A program made the position numbers and the translations under genes. A model generated the notes under the pieces. It had not been told where the DNA came from. It saw nothing but the letters and a program-made list of their open reading frames with translations, and searched no databases. DNA of 63,056 bases, the filler included, from Octopus bimaculoides (taxonomy: Eukaryota): assembly GCF_001194135.2 (NCBI RefSeq). It is 3 parts of 3 records of this genome, joined end to end, with 100 filler letters (N's around TTAATTAATTAA, not from the genome) between each part and the next. Parts side by side here need not be neighbours in the genome. Positions count along the whole stretch, not along the records: positions 1 to 16,748 come from NC_068985.1; 2 more parts are not named here. One strand, given 5' to 3'. Of the stretch, positions 1 to 13,640 are shown one piece after another. How positions within the stretch are numbered: position 1 is the first letter of the stretch; every line of letters starts with the position of its first letter.

Positions 1-45
<45 letters not shown>

Positions 46-91
46 GGATGTATATATGTATCTGTATATATATATGTACGTATGTATTTAT

Positions 92-310
92 TTATTTATT
101 TATAATTTTCAGCCGAGTGGCTGCAGTCATGCTGGAGCACCACATCTGGTGTATAAGAGAATTTGACATCGCTGCCCCCAACTGTGAGTCATTTCGAACG
201 ATCGGTCGGTCTAGTATCGTGGATAGAAAAGTATCGAGTTTTGTTTTGAACACTTCTAAATCCATGTGTTGCAGGTCTCTCAATTGTTTTCGCAGGGCAT
301 TAAAGATCTG
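92..310 (-). mobile_element. 3' end of a CR1/L2-group LINE (ORF2 C-terminus plus 3' tail)
   Basis: Minus-strand translation NALRKQLRDLQHMDLEVFKTKLDTFLSTILDRP..AAMSNSLIHQ matches the typical FK.KLD.FL..IPD.P...SNSL C-terminal motif of CR1/L2-group ORF2. It is followed by the tail GGTGCTCCAGCATGACTGCAGCCACTCGGCTGAAA and (TAAA)n. Confidence 0.75.
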
Positions 311-401
311 AGGAGCTCTTCATTTTTTTATTTATGACTGTATGCTTATTTCTAGGAAAAACAGAATACGTTAGATTTAACTTGTAGTGTCTTCTAATCA
401 C

Positions 402-881
402 AAGGGGAAAAATTGGCATCGTAGTGTTAATAATCACTTGCAGAAAAAGGATTTAACTTCTTAGGACATTCATGCTGAAAGGGCTACTATATTAGGGGAT
501 GACACGCCAAATTTATCAACGATGTAAAACTAAGAAACCGAATATAGAAGGGGAAGAGAGAGTTTTGAAGATGACCCAACATCTGGACGTCCTACAATTA
601 CCATCATAAAGGAAGACATTCATCGTGTTAACCACCTGGTGATAGATAACAGGTGATGTACTATAAAATGAATAGCTAAAGCCATTAGCATTTCTCCCTA
701 GACATCTGAACATATTCTGAGCAATGAACCTGGCATGAAGAGGTTGTCTACTGTCTGCTGTCTGAGACATGATCAAAAATGCACCGGGTTGATTACCTCA
801 CGATAAAATCTGACATTTTATCGGCCAGATCCATCTGGTTTCCCTGAAGATTTCCTAAGCCAAAATGAGAGTTGGCGGCAT
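402..881 (+). mobile_element. Decayed mariner transposase, N-terminal half
   Basis: Reads KNWHRSVNNHLQKKDLTS*DIHAERATILGDDTP..(+1 frameshift)..GRESFEDDPTSGRP..IHRVNHLVIDNR..EHILSNEPGMKRLS..DQKCTGLITSR*NLTFY..FLSQNESW. This matches the mariner HTH region up to the first catalytic motif, with several stops. Confidence 0.85.
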
Positions 882-1816
882 TGTACTTCTTCACCGAAAT
901 AACCAACTTTTATATTGGCCATTAATTTAATCATATGGGAATGGTTATATATCGGTGTGTTGATGGAAAGCAAGTGAGATTGAGCGATATAATGCAAGCA
1001 GTTAAAAACAAAATCATGAATTCCTTTGAAGACATGTGTAACTGATAATGAAATTCTAATGTAAATTTAATCTTTGCAACATGTTATTCCTGCATGAAGC
1101 AGATATTATAGACTGAACGGGAATTGATGTAAAAAAGTTTCTGAATTGGAAATCCACCAAATAAAATAATCTCTATTGCTAAAAACACTGTCGTGGTAGT
1201 TGTTCACTCTTTTAGTAAAATAAATTTGTTTAGACACATGAGAAGATATTCCAGTGATCAGGATAGTTGTTTCATCAGAGATTTTACATTGAAACAGAGA
1301 GTCGGAACAAAGAATATGAAAATAGTCTTTTCTACTCTAGGCACGAGGCCCGAGAAAAAGCAGTGAATTTTTGTGCAGAAGAATATTCCAAGTAACCTGA
1401 TGCCACAACCGATAATGTCCTGAGGCATTTCGAGAAAATACTGGATCAAAAATCCCATATGAGAAATGATGGTAGATTATTAGCAGATAAAGCACAGATG
1501 ATGGAGAAATGTATAGGCAGCTCATTGAGAAGATCAAAACGTGTTCAGAAGAACAAATGACAATGAAATTGATGTGCTATTCTGGTGGGGATTTTCACTG
1601 TGTTCGTGCAAAATGAATAAATAAATAAATAAATGATGCATGTGGCCAAATACTGCAGGTCAATAGCTTTTATGTATAACATATACGCAGTCTGTTTGAA
1701 TGTTTTACTGCAGAACGAATAAAAATGGGGATACTGATAAGACGGTAGGAGCAAATTATCATCTACATCCTCATCAGCTTTCGAAAGCCTCCGCACGGAA
1801 TGCCTTAATGTCCCGG

Positions 1817-1940
1817 AATCCTTAGCACGTAGAGCAAAATGCTTAGCAGTATTTCGTCCGATTTTACCTCCTGATTTCTAATACCGTCGAGGTGGACTTT
1901 GCCTTTCATCTTTCAGTGGTTCACAAAATAAACACCAGTT
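1817..1940 (+). mobile_element. SINE family A fragment
   Basis: Contains the AAATGCTTAGCAGTATTTCGTC and GAGGTGGACTTTGCCTTTCATC core blocks shared with about 20 other copies in the window. Confidence 0.75.
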
Positions 1941-2431
1941 AAACGCTCGGTTCGATTTTACCGATTTTTCTACTCTCCTGCAATTGCTGGACTTATACCA
2001 AAATTTGAAATCAATATACCGACTCCCCATGTGACATGACAATTTTGCCATAAGTATTTACATTGTGATCTGCGACGCAAATATTTTACCAAAAATACAT
2101 ACATAAATATATATGCAATTATTTGTAATAGTATTGAATATTTTACAGAAGTCGTATGATAACAAATTTCCTTGGCTCTTATCGGTATATATAACCAGAA
2201 ATAAACAAATCAATATTAATATTAACTAGTGATTCTACAATAAATTGTTACATGCAAGTGCACCGATTCTGAAAGAAGAACAAAAGGCAAAATAGAGGCA
2301 TTTGAGCACTTACATAAGACATAACAGTGTAGATTAGAATTATCTGTATATTACAGTTAAAGTACTGTCACTGAGCGTGCGATCCTCTCTTACAAGAGAT
2401 GATTATATACATAATATATTTATATCGTAGA

Positions 2432-2645
2432 GGGTGGCTAGCTGGCAGAATCATTAGCACGCTGGGCGAAATGCTTACCGGTATTTCGTCAGTCCTTGTG
2501 AACTGAGTTCAAATTCTGCCAAGTTCAACTTTCCCTTTCATCTGTTTCCGAGTCGATAAATTAAGTACCAGTTGCGTAATGAGGTCGATCTAATCGGCAG
2601 GCCCTCTACCCCAAAATTTCGGGCCTTGTGCCTAGAAGAGAAAAA
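2432..2645 (+). mobile_element. SINE family A (tRNA-derived head, conserved core)
   Basis: AGCTGGCAGAATCATTAGCAC head (A-box-like), GAGTTCAAATTC (B-box-like), core AACTTTCCCTTTCATC..GTCGATAAATTAAGTACCAG, and 3' end AAATTTCGGGCCTTGTGCCTAGAAGAG. Confidence 0.85.
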
Positions 2646-2790
2646 TATATTGGATGGTAAAGTAAGTCCAGTTTTAACGTTGTTTGAGTAACACTGAAAT
2701 TAGATTTTGAACTTGTATGCAGGTGTCCCTTTAATATACATTTAGCAAGATGCCTATATGAATACACGAAGTACAGAAACTGCATGTATG

Positions 2791-2995
2791 TTCTTTTCTA
2801 CTCTAGGAACAAGACTCTGTTTATTGTGGAGGGGGCCAGTCGATTAGATCGAACCAATACGTGACTGATACTTATTTAATCGACCCCGAAAGGACGAAAG
2901 GCATAGTCGACCTTGGCGGAATTTGAACTTAGAACGCAAAGACAGATGAAATACAGCTACGTATTTCGCACGGCGTGCTAACGTTTCTGCCACCT
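2791..2995 (-). mobile_element. SINE family A
   Basis: Reverse complement of the same head, core and tail as 2432-2645; CpGs largely retained. Confidence 0.85.
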
Positions 2996-3547
2996 TGAAA
3001 CTGCATGTATATTGGCTAAAAGAGTTCTATGCTATATTGACTAAAGGGTCATTAATATACTTGCAACATAATATGCAAATTCACATTTTCTTCTTTCATG
3101 TACACAGTAATGAAACTTACAGAAATTTCAATAGAGTAAGAAATAAAAAAAACACTACATTATTATAGTGCATAACTTCCTTTAAGCAATCTTATTTTAA
3201 ACTTCATCAACTACTTAAAATTATGCTAAAGAATATGTATCCCAGCAGGAAAACATATAAGATATATAGAGTAAATAACAATCAATCTTAAAACTAGTTA
3301 ACTGCTCAGAAAAAATGTTAAGCAACCAAAATATTCAATGAAGCTTAATTATTGAATTGCTTTAAAGTACCTGTCTTATCTGTGGATAATATTTTCAAAA
3401 TATGTGTACGTTAAATTTCAAATCACTTTTAAACAGTTCATTCTACAACTTTTTCCATATTACATTTGCATGTTAAAGAAACATTTTCAATATCATTGCA
3501 TTCATGCCTTTTAAAATCACAAAAGTAATGTTATATTTCATGTTCAG

Positions 3548-3581
3548 TTGCCAAAGGTTTTGTTCTTTTAAATCGAAATTG
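3548..3581 (+). CDS. Isolated candidate internal exon (34 nt)
   Basis: Acceptor gttatatttcatgttcag| and donor TTG|GTAAGT. Two frames are open (xAKGFVLLNRNx or CQRFCSFKSKL). No partner exon or homology recognised. Confidence 0.2.
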
Positions 3582-4144
3582 GTAAGTGTTTTATTCCTGA
3601 TTTTAACGTGATTGATATCAGCTCTCTCCAGAGAGAGATTTTTAAAATTTTCTTGCTACTTTCAAGAATGAAAAAAACACAAGTGTTATAAGTCTTACTG
3701 ATTATTCCATATTTTAACAAATCATCATTGCGTATATTTTATGACTGCAATGTTTGATGTTAAAATAAATTTTAGCTATTAAAATAGAAGCCATGTATGT
3801 GCAACCATTTTATGTATTTCCACTAGTATTAGAATAAAGAATGAAATCAGTTATTTCACTTAGGCAATAGAAAGTATATTTCAATGCCAAGTACATTTCC
3901 CTTGCGTAAGAAACGTTTTCGGATTACTGATGCTAACGTACAGAAAAGCAGATGAAAGGGAATATTTATGAAACTATGAAAATGAAGTCCAACTTCAGAA
4001 ATTCTAGATTTACATCTGCCAAGCCAGACTGGAACCCTCATAGTTAGATATGCGTCATACGATAAGACAGTTTTGGTTGCAAAATATTATCAAAATTTTT
4101 AGAAAATATAGACATCAGAAAATGAACAAAACAAAATATATGTA

Positions 4145-4382
4145 TTGGGTTGGTGCATAATTATTGCGGTTTTTTTCAATAAATTCAACAAAAGTTAATA
4201 AAAATATTTAACAAAAAACATCTCTAAATGGTGGTGTGACCGTCTACCAAGCAAATGGGAAGCGGTAATTGAAGTAGATGGTGAATATGCTCCGAAATAA
4301 TCCTTTAAATATATTTTTGTTTCATGTTATTATTTTTGTCGAATACGTTTTGCCGAAAAAAAGCCGCAATAATTATGCACCA
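4145..4382 (+). mobile_element. Internally deleted mariner (Hsmar1/Made1-like TIRs)
   Basis: TA followed by the left TIR TTGGGTTGGTGCATAATTATTGCGGTTT; the right end AAGCCGCAATAATTATGCACCA is its inverted copy. The interior encodes a transposase C-terminus (..DRLPSKWEAVIEVDGEYAPK*). Confidence 0.85.
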
Positions 4383-5139
4383 TTATATTTTTATATCTTC
4401 AGTTAAGCCGAATTATATTTTTTTGGAGCGATAACCGCACATTCTACGGACTAAATTCTACCATTAATAGGAAATATCCTAAAGCAATTAATAGCTAAAA
4501 TTCGATAAAATTGTAAGAAACGCCTGTATAAAAATTCAAGAATAATTAGAATCTATAGATCTATGTATTCCACATAACACTTATAAAGGTTAAAAATGTA
4601 ATAAACTTTTGATTATCACAGAGAGAACGAAGGAAAATATTTGATATTTTCGGGTAATAAATCTATTTTTATTAGCATAAACTTTTAAAATAAAATTTTC
4701 GTATTCTTCGTTCGCTGTTAAATATTTTATTCCTTTTCAAATAGGTCACTGAATATATTTAGTACATTTGGAAATGCATACATTATGCATGAATGTATAT
4801 CTATATTTCTGTAACTAAGTCTCCATTAAAAACAAAGTTTTAGAGTTTGATAAGTGTATGCCAGCTACTCTTAACACATAAATTATATTATGCTTGATCG
4901 GAAAATGTTAGGATAGGGAATTATTTTTGGATTAATTTTATTAATGACCTGGTAAGCTTTAGTGCACCGCAAAATCATATAGTGGAGTTACAAATGTTGT
5001 ACTGATAGAGCTTATCAAAAATAAGACACTTCGAAAATGATTCCAGTCTATACAGTATATCTTTAATGATTGTAGGCCATTACATTTGCGAGTAAGGAGT
5101 GGCTAAGAAAAGTATTTCAGGTTTTGTCAGAGTTCCCCA

Positions 5140-5790
5140 CTTCTTCTTTGTACGGTCACACTTGGAATACTGCTGCTCCCTGTAGTCTCCCCGCACCAAT
5201 AAACGTTACGAGAAATGAGTCATCCTAGAGTGCATTCACTAAGAAATTAAGAGCATGACCGATCTTCATTTCTGAGACCGGCTTAAAGCATTGGTTCCTT
5301 GTTTTCTCCAGTACCGCCATGGTTGCTACAAAATTTGCACAATTTGGAGAATATACCATATGCATTGACCAAACGTCCTTAATATTAGATTCAGAGTTCA
5401 TCCATAGCTGGGGCCACCTGCCAAACACCCCCTACACAATTCATTAGTATCATAAAATGTAAATTAACTTCAGCATAATTTCTGTTTCCGAAGAGAAACT
5501 GCTTCTTCCTGTACAAACCCTGCTCTATTTGAAATTATTCCAAAACAAATCACAGAAGACAAAGCACTCATCACCTTCAAAACGAATCTGCACAAATTTC
5601 TTCCAGGGATACCAGATAACTCACACATACCTGGACACATCTCAGTCAACAACATCTCCCCCCTTGAATGGAACATTATACGACAAAATGTGACTTTAAA
5701 ATGACTTAACAGATTCTACCAGTTGCTGTTATTAAGTCACATATAGTCTGGGGTAATCTTTGGCCAACAAAATCTAAGTTATCTAAGTTA
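5140..5790 (+). mobile_element. 5'-truncated CR1/L2-group LINE, decayed
   Basis: FVRSHLEYCCSL*SP .. DRLKAL .. PALFEIIPKQITEDKALITFKTNLHKFLPGIPDN..PGHISVNN, ending in (TATCTAAGT)-type tail repeats. Same family as 61122-61935. Confidence 0.8.
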
Positions 5791-7096
5791 TATATTGAAA
5801 TGATTGTCCTGTGAATATTTTAAGAAATAATTATTTATTACATGATTGATTGTTTCTTTTGAATTGTTAATATTTGAACGTCCAATTTCGTCGTGCTTAT
5901 TGCCATATATAAGATATACTTTTGATTTATTGCAGTATTATTATTCTAATCAGAATCTAGTTAACAGAAAAAATATTACGATAGAACTGTTTTTGAAATG
6001 CAGTATCCAGAATAGATATCTATAATTGTATAAACTGATATCGCAGTTATTCATCATTTGTTTAAAATCTTATCTCAATCTGTAGATACAGTTATACTTT
6101 AAGTTCAGATAGGGCACGAGAGTTCATCTGCTTGTGCTAATCTCCTTAGAATGCATTATGCATGAGAATTTAAATGGATAATGTTGTGTCGCCATAATAG
6201 CATCATAATTCTTTTTGAAGTTATTCTTCAAAAAGCACTTGCTAAACCTCTTCGCTTTTATAATTTCACCTTTTTAATGCAGAAGATAATAGTTTTACAT
6301 CTTGACGTATGGGTATCATGCCTGATTCTCACACGCCATCTGCTCTTAGCATTTATTGGCCCAAGCACAGATATTTCAAACTGTAGTCGACTGAAAAGTA
6401 AATTAATGACTATAGACTCAATACTGAGAAGATTTCTCTCTTAATGTGATTTATATTTCTGAGTTTGAACATTTGATATCATAGACAAACATAATGTTTG
6501 AATATCAAACGTTTTAGACTCTTCGTTTTTCATGATATTGATAAGATTTATCAATTTCACGTATGTTACGCAAGTAAGCACTTGCCAATATCGATATGTC
6601 AAAATCATGTTAACAAAATTGTATAATCTACAAACAAGAAATAAGATTTTGTGCAGTAGATTGTGTTATATACTCTTTATTTGATCAGCGATCAGTGGTT
6701 ATAAGTATCGTCGAACAGTAAATGCTTTCTAGTCATAAATATCGTTAACTCAAATTTTGTTATAGAAAGTACGACCACTATTGCATTATCCAATATATTT
6801 CAATTTGTTAAGCAGTATGATATGAACTAACCGGGTGCCATCTGTTTTTACTAAAAGAATGATTCTACATCCTAAGCAACAGTACAAAGTTGAAAGATTC
6901 CACCTCTTCTGTAGATATATACCCGAGTTCATTCCCTAAATAATAATAATATAGAATATTCAGCTCTTATATAAAAAGAAAACATTGTAGGTAGCCTCAT
7001 TTGTATTGTTGTGCTTTAGATAGATCAGCATTAATTAAACCATATATATTTTGTGATCAACAGAATAGAAATTAGAAGTGCCAAAATAAAACATAA

Positions 7097-7185
7097 GTCG
7101 ATCACGGCGGATTTGAACTCAGAACGTAAGAGCCCTTAAAGCATTCTGTTCGCCTGTTGCTAAAAGTTCTGCCATCTCGTCGCCT
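7097..7185 (-). mobile_element. SINE family A head fragment
   Basis: GGCGGATTTGAACTCAGAACGTAA..TTCTGCCATCTCGTCGCC is the reverse complement of the family A head. Confidence 0.7.
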
Positions 7186-7837
7186 TTTCGAGTAATATTG
7201 AAATTGCGCTGGCATGTTGTTATTTCTGGTGTCTAATTTTTTCATACCTGCTGTCGTTGCTTTTGTATTTATAATATCTGATGATTCTGTTCGTGTTGCC
7301 GCTGCAGTTTCCACACCTATTATTGTATATGTGATGGTGTTTGACGTTCCTATTGTTGCGGTTGCTAATCTTGTTCTTGATAAGTTTTTTTTGTCTCCAC
7401 ACCTTTTCTTCTATTGTGTGTAGCTTCAGAATGTGAATAATTATAAACTTCAGCTTATATCTGCAGGATTCTCTTGCTTCAGATCTCTTCAGCTCTTAAA
7501 CATTCTGTGATTTCTCCTTGCTGTTGTCTTCTGAAGATTTGGCATGCTATTTATTTTCTGTGTGCATGAAATTAATAATTTACCTATTAATATATTTCAC
7601 TGAAACCAGCATTGGATCTATCACTAATTTCATTTCCGGTGATAGTATCATATATTATCACTCAGTGTTACACCTACCGATTCTTGTTTAACATCAAGGG
7701 AATCTTGAATATAGGAACTTGCTGCCTTGACAAGTGAATGCAAATTATTGTCATTACGGCGGTGTTGTTCCTGATGACATGCTGAAGCTTTATCGGTGTA
7801 GTTATTGGCATTATTCACCGTGTTGTTGCTTCGGAGC

Positions 7838-8002
7838 GGGGGGGGGGGCGTAAGTCGATTACATCGATCCTAATGTTTGAATGGTACTTATTTTATAGAA
7901 GCCGCAATTATAAAAAGCAAAGTCGACCTCAAAGCGTAAAATGGGATGAAACTCCGCTGAGCTTTTCCTTCTGCATGCTCACGATTCAGCCAGCTCGCCG
8001 CC
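7838..8002 (-). mobile_element. SINE family A
   Basis: AAGTCGATTACATCGA..GGTACTTATTT..AAAGCAAAGTCGACCTC..CCAGCTCGCCGCC. Confidence 0.8.
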
Positions 8003-10020
8003 TTCCAGTAAGAAATACTGAAACTTGAGCAGAACCTCTTCTCTCACTGTTACTATCACAGCGGATGATTTTATGATTATATTTAAATGGAATGTGATGT
8101 GGGCAATGGTAGGGACTTTATTATCTCACACCTCTTGAAAATTAACTTCTGGCAAAAGATTTGGATATTAAACTGCTACTAATACAAGAATGGGGTATTA
8201 AGTAACGTGACTTTGAGTTCTAAATAAATAGTTTTCCCAATTTTACTAGTAATACAAACGATATTGTCAACTTTAATTTCTGCAACCTCTGTTTTCGTAA
8301 AAGCCTTCCTCACGCTCTATCACAAGCTATCAATTACAGCCTCATTCTCACGACATTATTCTCGAAAAATAAACTGAAATATAAATTTGAATAGGATCAC
8401 CCAATAATTCACACGTTATATATAGCTATGCGTTCTTTTGTTTTTTTGGCTATCGAAGGGTATTAGAATAAAAGCAGGAAAGTACAAGTGACACCGCAGA
8501 AAGACAATAAAATTCTTGGAAGATTGATTGACATGAAAACCAAACAAGAAAAAAATTAATTAAGCATTTATGCATGAAACCATCCAATTCCAAGTCTAAA
8601 TGTTGTCACCAATTCATGTGCTGCTTATATCTACATATTCACATATCAAACAACAATAGCAAAACAGTTACATATACATAATAATTTCTTTTCTCCTTGT
8701 CTTCAAAAATTTTGCCTTAAATCTCTACACTATTACAAGTTGGTTTGCAATAAACAGTGCTGATAGTTATGGCTTCAGAACTCCAGCAAGAACGTCAATG
8801 CTTTCTTGACTGCATTGATGTCTAACTGGTTTGCTTTGTGAATACATAACCATTGTCATAAAAAATAAACGAATTTCGAATAATGGTTGTTTACTTCAGA
8901 AGTGTTGCAGTGACGTAGAGCAACATAGATTTCCGATAAAATATAAGTTCTACGTATGTTATGAGAGAATTAAGTGTATCTGTAATGACGAATGAAAACA
9001 CATTTTGGTTATAGGTGAATAGAGATAGACTGAAATAGAAATATATGAATACAAATATCAGAAACACAAAGAGAATGACAGCACAATATATGTGGCTCTA
9101 TATTTATATGGAAATTGCAAAGTAAGATAAGCATCGAACAAGGAGAAGAGAAACTAAGAAGCAGAGAGATAAGAACAGGTGAAAATAGCCGTAAGCTGCA
9201 CGAGACTGAAACGCAAACGGCATGAATGAATCTCAGTCAAATCTATCTCAAATTAAATTATAGAAACGTGGATTATATTGGATTTTAATATTATATACTT
9301 TGAGATAAATGAAGAAACAAACAATGATAACCAAGGTTGTAAAACGCCTGATAATGTAGGGCATAAGGATATGTATTTCCTTAAATATATGTGATGGACA
9401 CACACAGAGAGAAAGAAAAGAAGTGATAGGGAAGGACACAGGAAACCTTACAAGCAGTAATATCTGCATTGGCAGGAATGAAATTCTAAGAAGTTTATAT
9501 TCTTAGAGACTAAAAACACCCGCAAAGGGAACGCTTTAAAGAGCAAATTTGCAATTGAAAATTAAATTAGACCAAACGATAATTGAATATTTGAATAGTA
9601 GATCAAAATATAAGTGCAGTACAGAAGACACATAATATATACAGAGAAAAACGATAGACAAACAAATATATTTATTTGGTATATAGCTTAAGGGAATATA
9701 TACAAAGTCACTATGAAACGAAATAATATATCCAGTAACGGATGCGTAGGTAAATATGAAGATTGAATTAATAAAAAAAACATACTCTTAAATACATTTG
9801 CCTGTACGTGATTGTGTGTCTGCGTACATAAAGAGTTTAAAAAGTATATGTGGATGAGTATACGTCCATAAACAGTTTGTTATATGGTAGGTTTCAAACT
9901 GAAAATTAAAATCCAAACATGAGACGCGATCTATTGATTTTAAAGTAAACACGTACATCCACACACAAACAGAACATACATATAAATAAATATTTACAAA
10001 GATATAATAAATATATTATT

Positions 10021-10075
10021 ATTATTTTTATTATTATTATTATCATTATTATTATTATTATCATTATTATTATTA

Positions 10076-10136
<61 letters not shown>

Positions 10137-10510
10137 CATTATTATTATTATTATTATTATTAAGATTGCGTGAGAGAGCAGCGCATACCATCAGTGAGTC
10201 ACTGGGGTACAAATATACGAAGCCTAATATGCCCATCATGACTACCCGTCTCATAAGGGTACACCAGGGCACATGCATCACAGCCATATGTGCGTGACAT
10301 GGCGATCTTATATCAAGATAAATAGTGCACAACCTTGTCGGGGAGGCACAGTTAGAATTTTCATCACGTCGAGTAGCCCATCCCACACAAGAAGTCTATG
10401 AAAAAGGTTTCTGTTATAGATGAAGGGCAAAACACCCAGGTTTCCAGAGGTGAAATTTCAAACCCCAAAGAATTCCTCTCAATACATGACTGTGATGCTT
10501 CCCCACTACT
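10021..10510 (-). mobile_element. Retroposon 3' end / non-coding LINE 3'UTR with long (AAT)n tail
   Basis: About 345 bp of GC-richer non-coding body (10165-10510) followed on the minus strand by a ~140-bp (AAT/GAT)n tail. (TAA)n tails are typical of R4/Dong-type elements; family assignment is an inference. Confidence 0.55.
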
Positions 10511-10512
10511 AA

Positions 10513-10514
<2 letters not shown>

Positions 10515-10556
<42 letters not shown>

Positions 10557-10560
10557 CATA

Positions 10561-10625
<65 letters not shown>
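10515..10625. repeat. (CTAT)n microsatellite
   Basis: Near-perfect tetranucleotide run next to a gap. Confidence 0.95.
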
Positions 10626-10627
<2 letters not shown>

Positions 10628-10702
10628 ATATATANNNNNNNNNNCAGTATCCATAAGTATAGATATATACATATGATTACATATATATCTACATACACAT
10701 AT

Positions 10703-10743
<41 letters not shown>

Positions 10744-11722
10744 CACACACACACACACACACAAACACACACATATATAGACAGATATATCTTCATAAAG
10801 AAGGCGAGTGAGAACGTAGTTGCATTTTTCAAATGTGATAACAAAAAATTGTGTAAGAAATAAGAAATTCATTTGTGCTTATTTGTTTGGCTTTAGCAAT
10901 ATCAGAACAAATGTGTAACTGTCTGCGTATTTAAGAAATTGACTTGAAACACGCCACAATATGTTAAAGTATTTCTGTTGTCACAACGCTATATCCGATC
11001 TCATAGAAAACTAGAGTCTTTATGAAGGATGGTTTTGTTTAATATTTTCCCTTCAAAAACAGAGTCAAGTGAAATAAATTGCTCTTTCACCGTATGCATT
11101 TGAATAGAAAGAGCTGTAGCAGATGTTGGGGTGACACGAATATCGACTTCAAAAACATTCTGGTTCTTTTTATTTTTAAATATGCAGTAACTAATTTAAC
11201 CCGCTAAAAGTTCTCTGAGACCTCTTACTGTTTTAGCCTATACATTTGCGTAAAAGGTAATTCTAGACATTTTTCATATGTGAGATTTTTGTGTCTTTCT
11301 TTGCAAGCGTCTATGATATTGTGTTTTGAGGATATGTCTATAAATACCGTGTATATGTTATACACATATACACACTATGTCACGCACCGAAAAGTTATAT
11401 ACACGTCTACCTCTATGCGCCTAAATATGTGACTACATATCCACACATAAAAATGTATGAATGTAAATCCGCGTAAATATGCTTATATATATATATATAT
11501 NNNNNNNNNNNNNNNNNNNNNNNNNNNNNNNNNNNNNNNNNNNNNNNNNNNNNNNNNNNNNNNNNNNNNNNNNNNNNNNNNNNNNNNNNNNNNNNNNNNN
11601 NNNNNNNNNNNNNNNNNNNNNNNNNNNNNNNNNNNNNNNNNNNNNNNNNTTACATATGGTATAATTATAAACAGGGCAAACTTTAGCCATTTCTCCGCAA
11701 ACTGAAAAAATGATATATATAC

Positions 11723-11765
<43 letters not shown>

Positions 11766-11916
11766 TAAAATTAGGGATAAAAATCCAAATTTACAGGTAA
11801 AAACTCATTAAATTCAACTAAAATACTAATTAAAATAATTAAAATTATTATTTTTATATGTGACTGTGGATTTTCATGGATGAGTTCATGAATTTTGGTT
11901 CTTTTCTCTAAATTAC

Positions 11917-11959
<43 letters not shown>

Positions 11960-12524
11960 CGTTCATTCATATATATATGTGCGTATGCATGTACATTCAT
12001 GCATGTATGGTATATGCTCATGCCCAGTTACGCATGTGTCTGCCTGTATGCACATTTGCGTATGAAAGGGTCTTTGCACGCTTCTTTGATGCATAACTTC
12101 GTCTCATAATGCGTAAGCACACACCCTATTTTATATGCTATATTATTCCTCATATATAATATACGAACATTCAATGACTACAAATATCTTCATACAAATT
12201 ACTGCAACGACATATATATCACCAATTTCCCGTAGGTGTTTCTAAAAATGAATATCACTCTATTTAGTTTCTTCTGCCTTAATCATAGGTGGCTCAGTCT
12301 AACAAAAATAGAATCCACTGAAATACGGTTCTAGTATTGGCAGCTAATCTTTCCTGTTGCCATCTGATTTAGACTTAACTTATGTTAGTGTTTATTGGAG
12401 ATTTATATACTGAATAATACTCACCTACATGCAAATAAGCCAGGTAAAAACACACACACACACAATTGCAGTTGTCGTAAGATGCCATGTATTGTGGTTC
12501 TTCCCCTGTATGATTATGAAGCGT

Positions 12525-12875
12525 GGAGGCGCAATGGCCCAGTGATTAGAGCAGCGGACTCGCGGTCAAAAAGTGTTTATTGAGCGAAAACACCACGAGG
12601 CTCCGGCAGTGGATGGTGGCGAACCCTGCTTTATTTTTCCACCACAACTTTCTCTCACTCTTTCTACCTTTCTCTGTTGTGCCTGTAATTCAAAGGGCCA
12701 GCCTTCTTACACTGTGTCACGCTGAATATCCCCGAGAACTACGTTAAAGGTACACGTGTCTGTGGAGTACTCAGCCATTTGCACGTTAATTTTACGAGCA
12801 CGCTGTTCCGTTGATCGGATCAACTAGAACCCTCGACGTCGTAAGCGACGGAGTGCCAACAACAACAACAACCAC
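12525..12875 (+). mobile_element. SINE family C (tRNA-derived head, (CAA)n tail)
   Basis: Head GGAGGCGCAATGGCCCAGTGATTAGAGCAGCGGACTC (A-box) with the B-box region deleted. Body CAAAGGGCCAGCCTT..GAGAACTACGTTAAAGGTACACGTGTC is shared with 51687-52455. Confidence 0.75.
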
Positions 12876-13439
12876 AACTGCTACTGATGGTGGTAGCCGG
12901 AGCTGTAGTAGTAGTAGTAGTAGTAGTAGAATTAGTAGGGTAAGAAATCAGCGGAGGATGAGACGTAGTAGAAATTGTAGTAGAAGTAGTAACAGCACTC
13001 TATTAGAGCTTCCATGTATATAAAATATTATTTTCATTGTTTCGCAAGAGTATCTACTGTAGTAAATATTGTTATTCTTCAGTATTGTATTCCAAATATT
13101 AACGTTACTTCTGTAACTGCTGTATTTTTATAACTTTCATATATTTCCCTGTTAACAACATTTCTAAATAATGCATGACACGGACAAATATTAAGATACG
13201 AATTCAACATCGTCAATTAATCTGCCGTTTGCTGCTGTGTGACTTAAGATTATATAAAGTAGTTGGTTATTTGACAAATATTTACTTAATAGCTCTTTCT
13301 TTGCAGAATAGGTGAAATCTGTAAATCTATGTATGTTTGTATAGATCATTGTTTTGATAACTTGTATTACTCAAACCTATTTAGGATAGCATCTGACAAT
13401 TTTTCCATACACATATGAACAAATACTGTCAGTTTTCAT

Positions 13440-13640
13440 TTCCAATTGTTAGCATATCGTGAAGCGGATACAGCCGGTTCATTTCAATCTCTGTGTATAT
13501 TCAGACATCTCAAGTAGCGGGCAACCAGTTATCATGTGATCAACTGTCATGATGAATTAATTCTCAAGTCTGTAGTTGATGCTAGCATAGTTTCCAACCA
13601 TTTTATTTCTGTAAATGTTTCCGCCCACGCATATATTCGG
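13440..13640 (-). mobile_element. Decayed RLE-type (R4/NeSL-like) LINE fragment, zinc-knuckle region
   Basis: Minus frame TVDHMITGCPLLEMSEYTQR resembles the T(I/V)DHI.SGCP.LA..EY..RH motif that follows the CCHC knuckle. Confidence 0.5.

Noticed and set aside
7200-7560. Hydrophobic or Thr/Asn-rich ORFs on both strands
   Set aside because: Degenerate GTT/GCT/ATT trinucleotide sequence produces them by composition alone.
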